A DNA stretch of 64,000 nucleotides from the IMG/VR virus record IMGVR_UViG_3300044655_001017; one strand, 5' to 3'. A program made the translations under genes and the position numbers. Below the pieces are notes generated by a model, which worked only from the letters and a program-made list of their open reading frames with translations, made no database searches and had not been told where the DNA came from. Numbering within the stretch: position 1 is the stretch's first letter; each line of letters opens with the position of its first letter. The DNA is from a virus. Its lineage: Duplodnaviria; Caudoviricetes. This document shows, in pieces, positions 53,478-62,749 of the stretch.

Positions 53478-53708
53478 ATGAAAAAACTATTATCACTAAT
53501 TATTATTAGCATGTTAGCAGCACCAGTTGCGTATGCAAATCACGAAGAAGGACACGTTGGTCCAACTACTAAAGAAGTTTGCAAAACTGTAAAAGGTAAG
53601 AAACAATGTAAAACTATCAAAGTTCATAAGAAATTTGAAGGTAAAAAAGTTCCACCTAAAAAAGCAGTTGTAAAACCTGCTCCAAAAAAAGTAGTAAAAC
53701 GTAAATAA
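53478..53708 (+). CDS. small secreted basic protein
   Basis: Signal peptide, Lys-rich, two Cys. Confidence 0.6.
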   Translation: MKKLLSLIIISMLAAPVAYANHEEGHVGPTTKEVCKTVKGKKQCKTIKVHKKFEGKKVPPKKAVVKPAPKKVVKRK

Positions 53709-53782
53709 TCAAAATATTGACAGGTCAGGTCTTGTATAGTATAATTACTATACAAACTGACCTTTTTTATGAGAAATTAACC

Positions 53783-54616
53783 ATGACAGACTTTTATTCA
53801 AAATTAGGTGTGTCCAACGACGCATCACAAGACGATATTAAAAAAGCATATCGTTCGTTAGCAAACAAACATCACCCTGACAAAGGCGGAAACCAGGCAA
53901 CGTTTAAAGATATTTCAGTAGCGTATGATACGTTAAGTGATCCACAAAAACGTCAAGAATATGACATGCAACAAAATGGACACCAATTTAGTGGATTTGG
54001 AGGGGGACAACATTTCCATTTTGATATGAATGATGTATTTGGACAGCATGCGCATTTTACAAATATGTTTGGAAATGGGTTTAGACAACAACAACGTAAT
54101 AAAGATTTAAATCTACAAGTGCAAGTAACATTAGTTGAATCATTTAACGGTAAACAAGTAGATGCAACATTTAATTTACCCAGTGGTAGACCTCAAACCG
54201 TTTCTATAAACGTACCTGCAGGCATTGATCACGGAGACGCTATCCGATATAACGGATTAGGTGACGATTCTATCTCCGGTATTCCTCGAGGAAATCTTAA
54301 TGTTACTATTCATGTACTGCCAGATCGTAACTTTAGACGTGAAGGTAATGATTTATATACTACATTAGATATTAATCCAATTGAAGCAATGATTGGATGT
54401 ATTAAACCGGTTAACACTATTACCGGAGGAACTATTGATTTAACAATTAGACCTGGAGTAGAAACAGGAACAAAATTTGCAAACGGTTCCGGTTTTACTA
54501 ATTTACATAGTAAACAAGTTGGACAATTTATTACAATTATTAATATTAAAGTTCCTGCAATTACTGATCCTTCATTAATTTCACAATTAAAAATATTAAA
54601 CAGTCAAATAAATTGA
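53783..54616 (+). CDS. DnaJ/CbpA-type co-chaperone (J domain without Zn finger)
   Basis: DFYSKLGV...KHHPDKGG, G/F-rich linker, DnaJ C-terminal domain. Confidence 0.92.
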   Translation: MTDFYSKLGVSNDASQDDIKKAYRSLANKHHPDKGGNQATFKDISVAYDTLSDPQKRQEYDMQQNGHQFSGFGGGQHFHFDMNDVFGQHAHFTNMFGNGFRQQQRNKDLNLQVQVTLVESFNGKQVDATFNLPSGRPQTVSINVPAGIDHGDAIRYNGLGDDSISGIPRGNLNVTIHVLPDRNFRREGNDLYTTLDINPIEAMIGCIKPVNTITGGTIDLTIRPGVETGTKFANGSGFTNLHSKQVGQFITIINIKVPAITDPSLISQLKILNSQIN

Positions 54617-54674
54617 CTTTTAATTGTAATAGTGTATAATATAACTTTATTAACAACTACACAAGGAACTTATT

Positions 54675-56969
54675 ATGGTTGAACCAAGCGAAAATTTACA
54701 AGCAATTTTTGATAAAGCTATCTCGTCTGCAAAAAATATGCATCACGAGTATGTAACACTTGAGCATGTATTGTTCGCAATGCTCATGGAGGATAAAGCA
54801 TTTACTGACTCACTAGACCATTTTGGTGCTGACACTTTATTTTTAAAAAATGTAGTTCTTGACCATTTGCAATCAAAATGTCACGAAATTACTACAGTTG
54901 ATGTAGTCGTTAAACCTAAGAAAACACAAGCAGTTGAACGCTCATTAAATCGCGCATTTACGCAAGTGTTGTTTAACGGTGGCACACGTATTGAACCGGC
55001 TGACTTCTTTTTAGCTATGTTGGGAGAAAAACGATCTTGGGCGTTTTATTATGTAGCACAAGTAAACATTACTAAAGAGAAATATGCCGAATACGTTCAA
55101 AATGTTACGTTAGATGAAGATACACCTGCAGGTGCAGCTAAACCTAATTCACAAACACACAAAGCGTTACAGGCGTATACTACTAATTTAAACGAGGAAG
55201 TTAAGAATAGTAAAATTGATCCTGTTATTGGCCGTGTAGATGAATTAGAACACATCGCACTAGCACTCGGACGTCGCAGTAAAAACAATGTTATTATGGT
55301 AGGTGATCCGGGCGTAGGTAAAACTGCAATTGCTGAAGGGCTTGCATTTAATATTGTAAATGGATCAGTTCCTGAGTTCCTTATAGATTATACTGTGTAT
55401 AATTTAGACATTGCTGCAATGTTAGCAGGTTCTAAATACCGAGGTGATTTTGAAGAACGTTTTAAACAAGTAATCAAATCATTACAAAAACTTGGTAAAT
55501 GCGTATTGTTTATTGATGAAGCACACATGATTAGTGGCGCAGGTGCATCAGGTAGTTCATCAAACGACTTAGCAAATATGATGAAACCTGCATTAAGCAA
55601 AGGCAATATTAAAGTTATTGCATCAACTACATGGGACGAGTATCGTAAACACTTTGAGAAAGATCGGGCATTGATGCGCAGATTCCAACGTATTACAGTT
55701 GATGAACCTACTCAAGAAATGACTTTACAAATTCTTAAAGGTATTAAGAAATATTACGAAGGACATCACAAACTTAAAATTAAGGACGAGGCATTGCAAG
55801 CGTCAATTAAATTATCTGTAAAATATCAAGCAGATAAAAAATTACCTGATAAAGCAATTGACTTAATTGACTGTGCGTGTTCACGATTTAACTTAAAAAT
55901 TGCTGATCAACGGGTAGTTACTGAAGCTGATATTCAGTTTGAATTAGCTAAAATGGTTAACATGCCAGTTGAACAAATTATGCAAACTGAAACTAGTTCG
56001 CTAATTACCCTACAAGAAAAACTTGAAGCTGAGGTATTTGGTCAAGATACTGCGTTAACTGAAATTGTTGATAAAATTATGGTTGCACAAGCAGGTTTAA
56101 AATCAGAAAATAAACCAATTGGCAGCTTTGTATTTATGGGGCCTACCGGTTGCGGTAAAACTGAGACTGCTAAGGCACTTGCTAAACATTTAAATACTAA
56201 ATTATTGCGATTTGATATGTCAGAATATCAAGAGAAACACAGTATTAGTAAACTGATTGGTAGTCCTCCTGGTTATGTAGGATTTGAAGATAATGCAGGT
56301 CTTTTGATTACACAAATTCAAGAGAATCCTAATGCTGTACTATTGTTTGACGAGATTGAAAAATCGCATCCTGACGTATCTACTGTATTATTACAAATGA
56401 TGGACAACGGGTTTATTACAGGATCAAATGGTAAACAAGCTGATTGTCGTCACATTGTATTAATTTTAACTACTAATGCCGGCGCTCAAACTGCAGAAAA
56501 GAATCAAATTGGTTTTGGTGCTCAAGAAAAAGACTATTCAGATGCAGATCTTAAGAAATTCCTATCGCCTGAATTCCGTAACAGATTAGATGGTGTTATT
56601 ACATTTAACAAGTTAAGTAAAGATTCAATGGTAAAAGTTATTAACAAGTTCATTGATGAAGTACGTGATCAGGTTAAAGACAAAGGTATTCGTATTAAGA
56701 TTGATAAGTTTGCAACTAATTGGTTGTTAGAAAAAGGTTTTGATCCTAAAATGGGTGCTAGACCACTACATCGCATTATTGATAAAGAGATCAAACGTGA
56801 TCTTGCTAAAATGATGTTATTTGGTGATCTTAAAACTGGCGGGTGGCTAACTGTTACAGTAGTAGATGATAACATTTCACTTGTTGCTAAACCTAAGTTA
56901 GCTAAAGTACCACTACTTACTGCTAAAGAAGTACTTACTAGTGTATTTAGTGTTGAAGATGCAGATTAA
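54675..56969 (+). CDS. clpA: ATP-dependent Clp protease ATP-binding subunit (ClpA-like)
   Basis: Clp N-domain, GDPGVGKT and GPTGCGKT Walker A motifs, IGF loop, no ClpB middle domain. Confidence 0.9.
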   Translation: MVEPSENLQAIFDKAISSAKNMHHEYVTLEHVLFAMLMEDKAFTDSLDHFGADTLFLKNVVLDHLQSKCHEITTVDVVVKPKKTQAVERSLNRAFTQVLFNGGTRIEPADFFLAMLGEKRSWAFYYVAQVNITKEKYAEYVQNVTLDEDTPAGAAKPNSQTHKALQAYTTNLNEEVKNSKIDPVIGRVDELEHIALALGRRSKNNVIMVGDPGVGKTAIAEGLAFNIVNGSVPEFLIDYTVYNLDIAAMLAGSKYRGDFEERFKQVIKSLQKLGKCVLFIDEAHMISGAGASGSSSNDLANMMKPALSKGNIKVIASTTWDEYRKHFEKDRALMRRFQRITVDEPTQEMTLQILKGIKKYYEGHHKLKIKDEALQASIKLSVKYQADKKLPDKAIDLIDCACSRFNLKIADQRVVTEADIQFELAKMVNMPVEQIMQTETSSLITLQEKLEAEVFGQDTALTEIVDKIMVAQAGLKSENKPIGSFVFMGPTGCGKTETAKALAKHLNTKLLRFDMSEYQEKHSISKLIGSPPGYVGFEDNAGLLITQIQENPNAVLLFDEIEKSHPDVSTVLLQMMDNGFITGSNGKQADCRHIVLILTTNAGAQTAEKNQIGFGAQEKDYSDADLKKFLSPEFRNRLDGVITFNKLSKDSMVKVINKFIDEVRDQVKDKGIRIKIDKFATNWLLEKGFDPKMGARPLHRIIDKEIKRDLAKMMLFGDLKTGGWLTVTVVDDNISLVAKPKLAKVPLLTAKEVLTSVFSVEDAD

Positions 56970-57564
56970 TACTACTAAAAAATTATACAAAGGCAAATAC
57001 CAGTACAATATTGTGCTGGTATGCGCATTTAGTCATGTATTTAGAGGTCCTGATAGTAATGCATATTTTAATAGAATTAATCGTGAAGAAAAGTTACTTA
57101 ACACTAATAACACATGGCGATCACCGTTAGATCTAGCATATACTATGGAGATTTATAACAAACTAGCAGATATGGATGACTACAGTACTCGAGTTGAATT
57201 TCCTACAGTTACAATTTACACTAATGAATATAGCAACATTATTAGACTACGTGATATTAATGTAGATAAAGTTCGCAGTATTAGTATGCCGCCTGCTAAT
57301 TTAACAGCAGGTACAGTTTACATGCCAACAATGAACTACGAATTTCGTGTTACTATTGGCAGAACTGAGAAACAGTATTTAGATTTCTTAGAATGGGCAG
57401 ATGCTATTAACAAATTACGAGTTACTAACGGCTGTAGAGAAATGTTGTTGCAGCAAGCTAGTTACGGCGGCGGGCATTTTTACGTAACCGGTGAAAATAT
57501 GTTGCTCATGTGTAAAATGCAACTTGCAGGTATAAAACTTACAGTTGACCGGATAGTGCATTAA
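56959..57564 (+). CDS. hypothetical phage protein
   Basis: ORF track. Confidence 0.7.
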   Translation: MQINTTKKLYKGKYQYNIVLVCAFSHVFRGPDSNAYFNRINREEKLLNTNNTWRSPLDLAYTMEIYNKLADMDDYSTRVEFPTVTIYTNEYSNIIRLRDINVDKVRSISMPPANLTAGTVYMPTMNYEFRVTIGRTEKQYLDFLEWADAINKLRVTNGCREMLLQQASYGGGHFYVTGENMLLMCKMQLAGIKLTVDRIVH

Positions 57565-57595
57565 GTATAAATATACTAATAACACGGGATTAACT

Positions 57596-57970
57596 ATGCG
57601 TATTAAAGATCTACTTGAAAATGCTCACTTTAAAAGTGAAGAGTTTATTAAACAATCTGAGGACGGTAATGAGATTGATTTTGATTTAACCGAAGATTTA
57701 GTTTTCTTTTTAAACAACGACGACGATGCGTATCGCCGGCACCTTTTACCTGCAGTGTATAACTTTATTGATAAACAAAAAGCAGGTAACAACCCTAAAT
57801 ATACTATTTTTAAAACTGCAGTAGCAGATGGTTATAAACGGTATACTAAAGAATACCCTATGCGAGAGCTACCAACTGAAATAGATACTAAAATTTGGAA
57901 GTTATCTTGTAAGAAAATCTTTAATGACGTATCTAAAGATATGAAAGACGGTACTTACGACCACACTTAA
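57596..57970 (+). CDS. hypothetical phage protein
   Basis: TATAAATA upstream; ORF track. Confidence 0.7.
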   Translation: MRIKDLLENAHFKSEEFIKQSEDGNEIDFDLTEDLVFFLNNDDDAYRRHLLPAVYNFIDKQKAGNNPKYTIFKTAVADGYKRYTKEYPMRELPTEIDTKIWKLSCKKIFNDVSKDMKDGTYDHT

Positions 57971-57990
57971 CATTATATAGAGGTAATAAC

Positions 57991-59706
57991 ATGGCAGGAA
58001 TTGCACATCCTGAAGATCTTATCATTAATGAAGGATCTAACGGCGCCCATCGAGCAGTTAATGAATTAACTAGTCTTTCTTATAACACTAACACATTAAC
58101 TATCAAATGGGACGGGTTTCCTGCTATAGTTTTTGGTCGCAACAGTAACGGCACACTAGTGTTTGTTGATAAACACATGTTCAAACAAATCGCCGCTGGC
58201 AAACTCAACTTTACTACTATTAGAGATTACGATAATGCTCGTAACGTTAATCGTAGTGACCTATGGGACAAAGAAGATATCTTACGCCCTGCATTAGAAA
58301 GAATTATCCCAAACGTAACTGATACTTATTATATGGGCGACTTGTTATGGGCTGGGATTCCTTCTAGTAATACTAATTCATTTGTCTTTAAACCTAACAC
58401 TGTTGAGTATCAGGTTAAACATAACAGCGACCTAGGACGATCAATTTCTAACAGTGTAGGAGGAATTGCAGTCCATACCTTTTTTCCAGGATTAACTGCA
58501 GAAGACGAGCCTATTACTGGATTTAACGGATTTTCAGAATGTAAAGATATTACGTTTATTGCAACTGAGATGACAACTAAACCAATTATTAGTATAAACA
58601 ACGCATTATTATTAACTGCACAACACGCAATAACAACACACAGTAACGCTGTAGACGCGTTTATTGCTAAATTAACAGAGTTAAAATGTAAATGTGTAAT
58701 TACTGCAATAGGTCCATTTATTTCTAGTATGATTGAGTCTGGTAATATAGAAACTAATATAGTTTTAAGATTTATTGAATTTGCAACACCTAGATTTACT
58801 CAATCTGCTCGCACTAAACTGTTTTCTCCAAATGGAAACTTACGCAACGACATTTATATTGGTATTGTAGGATTATGGGAAATATGGAGTGCAATTTATA
58901 ATCTTAAATTAGATATTAAACGTCAGATAGATGTCCATCAACTGTACAGTGCTGTACAACCTGTAATAAATAGTATTATAAGTCACGAAGGCTATGTGTG
59001 CGGTGCCGGTGTTAACAAAATAAAAATTGTTAATCGATTAGAATTTAGTCGTGCTAACTTTTCTAAATACAAAGTTTCTGCAGAGGAAATTAAAGAAAAA
59101 AGTAACATGCCAATGGCAACTTTTTGCTTTGGTAGAATGAATCCTCCTACAGTTGGACATAAGAAAGTTATACAACAAACGGTAGCACTTGGAAAAGAAC
59201 ATGCATATATTTTTGCAAGTAATAAACATGACCCTAAAAGTGATCCATTAGAGTACGATGTTAAAACCGAATTTATTAAAAAAATTTATCCTGATTATTC
59301 TAACTTTATGGTAACTGAATATGTTAGAGATCCATGGCAAGCTGCATGCTGGTTGTATGATAGAGGATACCGACACATGACTTTTGTTGCAGGCAGTGAT
59401 AGACTAGGAAACAATACTAGAAGTTTAGAAACTGCACTTAACAATTGGAATAGTGGTCCATCTCGCACAACTGATTATGCTCGCGGCCCAAACGGTAGAG
59501 AACATGTAGTATTAAAATTTGTTAGCAGTGGAGATCGTAAAGATGAAACTAATAACGCTAGTGGTACATTAGCACGTGAATACGCTAAAATAGGTGACAA
59601 GATTAATTTCCAACTAATAACTGGTGTAAGTGAAGATATTACAGTGTGTGGTAAAACCTTATATGAAGCTACTAGAGAGGGAATGAATGTACAACGGAAT
59701 GAATAA
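57991..59706 (+). CDS. two-domain protein: N-terminal KWDG (DUF6267-like) domain plus C-terminal cytidylyltransferase-like domain
   Basis: HPED...TIKWDGFPAIVFG; FGRMNPPTVGHKKV, VAGSDR, SGT..RE. Confidence 0.7.
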   Translation: MAGIAHPEDLIINEGSNGAHRAVNELTSLSYNTNTLTIKWDGFPAIVFGRNSNGTLVFVDKHMFKQIAAGKLNFTTIRDYDNARNVNRSDLWDKEDILRPALERIIPNVTDTYYMGDLLWAGIPSSNTNSFVFKPNTVEYQVKHNSDLGRSISNSVGGIAVHTFFPGLTAEDEPITGFNGFSECKDITFIATEMTTKPIISINNALLLTAQHAITTHSNAVDAFIAKLTELKCKCVITAIGPFISSMIESGNIETNIVLRFIEFATPRFTQSARTKLFSPNGNLRNDIYIGIVGLWEIWSAIYNLKLDIKRQIDVHQLYSAVQPVINSIISHEGYVCGAGVNKIKIVNRLEFSRANFSKYKVSAEEIKEKSNMPMATFCFGRMNPPTVGHKKVIQQTVALGKEHAYIFASNKHDPKSDPLEYDVKTEFIKKIYPDYSNFMVTEYVRDPWQAACWLYDRGYRHMTFVAGSDRLGNNTRSLETALNNWNSGPSRTTDYARGPNGREHVVLKFVSSGDRKDETNNASGTLAREYAKIGDKINFQLITGVSEDITVCGKTLYEATREGMNVQRNE

Positions 59707-60110
59707 TGAAACGATATACAACTGAAGATATACGAAAATTTGAGATTGCGGTAAATGAAATGAAACGTAGTTTAATCCGTGAAGGTAAACTACGTCAATC
59801 CTCAAAAGATGCAGCATCTGGGTTAGATGTATGGCCTGCATTAAATAACAACAATAATCCATACGATGCTTATAGATTTGGTATTGCACTGGCAGGGGCG
59901 CCTGATTTTAAAACTGATAAAAAAGGTCCAAACGGTGGAGATTTTATGACATTGTCATTTACTAGTGGCGATGAAGAAATATTAAATTCAGCTGCAAAAC
60001 AAATGGGCGTTAGCAGATCATCTGTTGCATCAAAAAAATCTAAAGAAACAGATGATGTACATAAAGTTAGTCCAGTTGCTAATAAAAAGCGTAACCGGTA
60101 TGGGGTTTAG
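59706..60110 (+). CDS. hypothetical phage protein
   Basis: ORF track. Confidence 0.7.
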   Translation: MKRYTTEDIRKFEIAVNEMKRSLIREGKLRQSSKDAASGLDVWPALNNNNNPYDAYRFGIALAGAPDFKTDKKGPNGGDFMTLSFTSGDEEILNSAAKQMGVSRSSVASKKSKETDDVHKVSPVANKKRNRYGV

Positions 60111-60113
60111 AAT

Positions 60114-60374
60114 GTGAAACAATATAAAATAACATCTGAAAATATATTACAAGACAGTCCTGATGACTGTTTTCTTGCACCCGACGATCCAATACAAGAA
60201 CTAAAGATCGCTCATTATTTAGGTGGACTTGGTGCCGATGCTAGATTACACGAATATCGCGCAAAGAAAACTGAACAAAAAACGTTCAGTGATGAGCGCG
60301 GTAAATATCAACGCGAAAATAATATCAAACCCGGAACTCCTGCATGGTTTGAACTATGGAGTAAACCGTTATGA
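60114..60374 (+). CDS. hypothetical phage protein
   Basis: GTG start; IKPGTPAWFELW C-terminus. Confidence 0.65.
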   Translation: MKQYKITSENILQDSPDDCFLAPDDPIQELKIAHYLGGLGADARLHEYRAKKTEQKTFSDERGKYQRENNIKPGTPAWFELWSKPL

Positions 60375-60622
60375 AAATTAGAGAAATTATATCAGAAACT
60401 GCATCAGCAGGTGCTACTAGTTCTGCAAGTATTGGTACAGTTCCTAACCCACATATTAGCCCAGGTACCGCTAGAGGCAAAAAATCATATACAGGATCGC
60501 CCGGAAAAAGCGGAACTAAATCGCCTCCTCAGCCATCACCAACAAAACAAAAACCAACTGACAATGCATTAGATATGAAGGGTGTTAGCTTATTTGGTGG
60601 CGGAACTATTAAAAGAGGCTAA
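60371..60622 (+). CDS. hypothetical phage protein
   Basis: MKIREII; ASAGATSSASI motif. Confidence 0.65.
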   Translation: MKIREIISETASAGATSSASIGTVPNPHISPGTARGKKSYTGSPGKSGTKSPPQPSPTKQKPTDNALDMKGVSLFGGGTIKRG

Positions 60623-60644
60623 ATATACAATAACGGAGTTTACC

Positions 60645-62192
60645 ATGACACACAGAAAAAAACTTTCAGAATTTGCAGGTCTCGAAGTAGAGTTGCCAAA
60701 AATTGAATTATCAGAACCGACTGTTGACATTGCATCAAATGAACTACAGCAGGATACACACGACGTTAATGCTGACGACGAAGGTGCAATGATGAAAGCT
60801 GACTTATACAAGTTAGCAAAATACAGCGTTAAATTATTTAAAAAAATAGAAGACGAAGATCAATTTGAATCTTGGGTACAGGCTAAAATTACAAAAGCTG
60901 CAGATTATATTTCTTCAGTTTACCATTACCTAGAATACGAAATGAAGTTTAGCGAATACGGCGATAAGATAGAGAATAGCGATATGTACTCAGAAAGTGA
61001 AAAAAGACAAATGAAAAATGCATTAATGGAAGCAAAGAAATCTCTTGCTGCCCTTAAAATTAACCAAGCTGACAAACTTAACCCGTTATCAGAAGCTAGA
61101 CGTAGTAGTAGCAAACCAGAAGTTAACTTTACTAAAGATGATTTAACCAGTTTACAAAACATTGCTGATTTAAACACATTAAAAACTAGAGCACTTGATT
61201 TAATCACAACACCCTCTAAACATCCAGTTACTCCTGATCTAGTTAACTATTCTAAGAACGCACTTGAAAATTGTAAAACACCGGCTGCAGTAATTATTTT
61301 CATGTACAATATGTTGTTAGGTGGTGAAGGGCTTGCAGTTATTGGTACACGCCACGGTATGGATGCTAGTCATTACAGAAAATCACGCGGTGGACTTAAA
61401 GATCCTGGTGAATTTAAAGAAGGCTTTAACGAAGTGTGTAGCGCATGCGGTGGTGCAGGCCATGTTGAAAAGAAAATCCCAGAAGCTACTAGAGTAAAAG
61501 TTGAAAAATATAATCGTCAAGCTAAAGCATTTAGTGCTGCTTCAAAACGGTTAGATAAAAATAAAAATGGTATTCCGGATGATATGGAAAGTGATGCCGG
61601 TGGTGAAGAATTTACTGCTACAAAAAAAGCAGCTCCAAAAAAATCATCGCCATTTGATAAAGAAGAATCTAAACCAAAAAAATCAGCTCCTAAAAAATCA
61701 TCTGATAACGAAGACGATTGTGACTCAGATAGTGAAAAACCTGATTCAAAAAAATCAGCTCCTAAAAAAGATAGCGGAAATCCATTTGCAAAAAAATCAG
61801 CTCCTAAAAAAGAAAAATCTGAAGAAGGTGATTCTAAAACAGAAAGCATGTTTGGCGGATCAGTATATGGTGAATCAGTAACACCTGTTAAAAAAACAAG
61901 TGGTGTAGCTGATAAAAAAGGCGGAAATCTATTTGCTAAAAAAGATGATGCTAAAAAAGACGGCGGCAAAGAGTTTGGAAAAGCATTAGACAAAGCTAGA
62001 GCAGATGTTAAAGAATCTGCTAAAGAAAAAGCTAAAAAAGATTACGATAAAGATGGCAAAATTGAAACCGGCAAAGAAGAACATAAAGGTTCTGTTGATA
62101 ATGCCATTAAATCATCTAAAGAAAAAGAATGCATGAACGAATCAGTTGAGTTAACACGTTTGAGAGAAATTACTTCACGAGTGATTAGATAA
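60645..62192 (+). CDS. hypothetical phage protein with KKSAPKK low-complexity repeats
   Basis: GGAG RBS before ATG 60645; WVQAKITKAADYI domain; single CxxCxGxG. Confidence 0.75.
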   Translation: MTHRKKLSEFAGLEVELPKIELSEPTVDIASNELQQDTHDVNADDEGAMMKADLYKLAKYSVKLFKKIEDEDQFESWVQAKITKAADYISSVYHYLEYEMKFSEYGDKIENSDMYSESEKRQMKNALMEAKKSLAALKINQADKLNPLSEARRSSSKPEVNFTKDDLTSLQNIADLNTLKTRALDLITTPSKHPVTPDLVNYSKNALENCKTPAAVIIFMYNMLLGGEGLAVIGTRHGMDASHYRKSRGGLKDPGEFKEGFNEVCSACGGAGHVEKKIPEATRVKVEKYNRQAKAFSAASKRLDKNKNGIPDDMESDAGGEEFTATKKAAPKKSSPFDKEESKPKKSAPKKSSDNEDDCDSDSEKPDSKKSAPKKDSGNPFAKKSAPKKEKSEEGDSKTESMFGGSVYGESVTPVKKTSGVADKKGGNLFAKKDDAKKDGGKEFGKALDKARADVKESAKEKAKKDYDKDGKIETGKEEHKGSVDNAIKSSKEKECMNESVELTRLREITSRVIR

Positions 62193-62194
62193 TC

Positions 62195-62749
62195 ATGGAC
62201 ATGAAGAAAATTCTACAGGCAATGGATTCAGTTAAAACATCTGCTCCTATAGAAAATACAAATGACATGAAACAATTTATGTCAATTGTAACCGAAGGAT
62301 CTAATCCTCATAAAGTTGCATTGCCTATACAAATGGCAATGCAACACTATGCTAAACCAGTTGAAGAAGAATTAACTACAAAACAAACTAGACCATCATT
62401 ACTTAAACAGTATATGGCAGAAGCATCTGCAGAACAAGATGCAGTTCAATCTACTAAAGATGCTAGCCTTAAAATGTATGCTCAAAAGATTGCATATAAA
62501 GTAATGGGCGAGTCTGCAGATCTAAGATTAGGACCGCCAAACGCCGAATCTAATCCACAAGACGTGGTCAAAGTAGACATTCCGTTACTAATGCGTTTAT
62601 TAGAATACGCTAGAGAAGATGCACAAACTGACATAGATTTACACAATGTAACAGAAATGTTAATTAAGTTGAGTGCAAAAGGTAATGTTCTAACAATGGA
62701 TCATTATAATCAAATCGTAAGCAATCAGAGGACAGACGATGAATTTTAG
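62195..62749 (+). CDS. hypothetical phage protein
   Basis: DIPLLMRLLEYAREDA domain. Confidence 0.7.
   Translation: MDMKKILQAMDSVKTSAPIENTNDMKQFMSIVTEGSNPHKVALPIQMAMQHYAKPVEEELTTKQTRPSLLKQYMAEASAEQDAVQSTKDASLKMYAQKIAYKVMGESADLRLGPPNAESNPQDVVKVDIPLLMRLLEYAREDAQTDIDLHNVTEMLIKLSAKGNVLTMDHYNQIVSNQRTDDEF

Noticed and set aside
50213-61815. Short tandem repeats (GGMPPA at ~50230-50300, PAPVYA at ~53290-53375, KKSAPKK at ~61625-61810)
   Set aside because: In-frame low-complexity protein linkers; no sign of a phase-variation or non-coding role
8013-61993. Antisense and shadow ORFs (e.g. 8013-8501, 19950-20300, 25794-26300, 41032-41712, 61517-61993)
   Set aside because: They lie opposite well-supported genes, lack RBS or recognisable motifs, and are expected from codon bias
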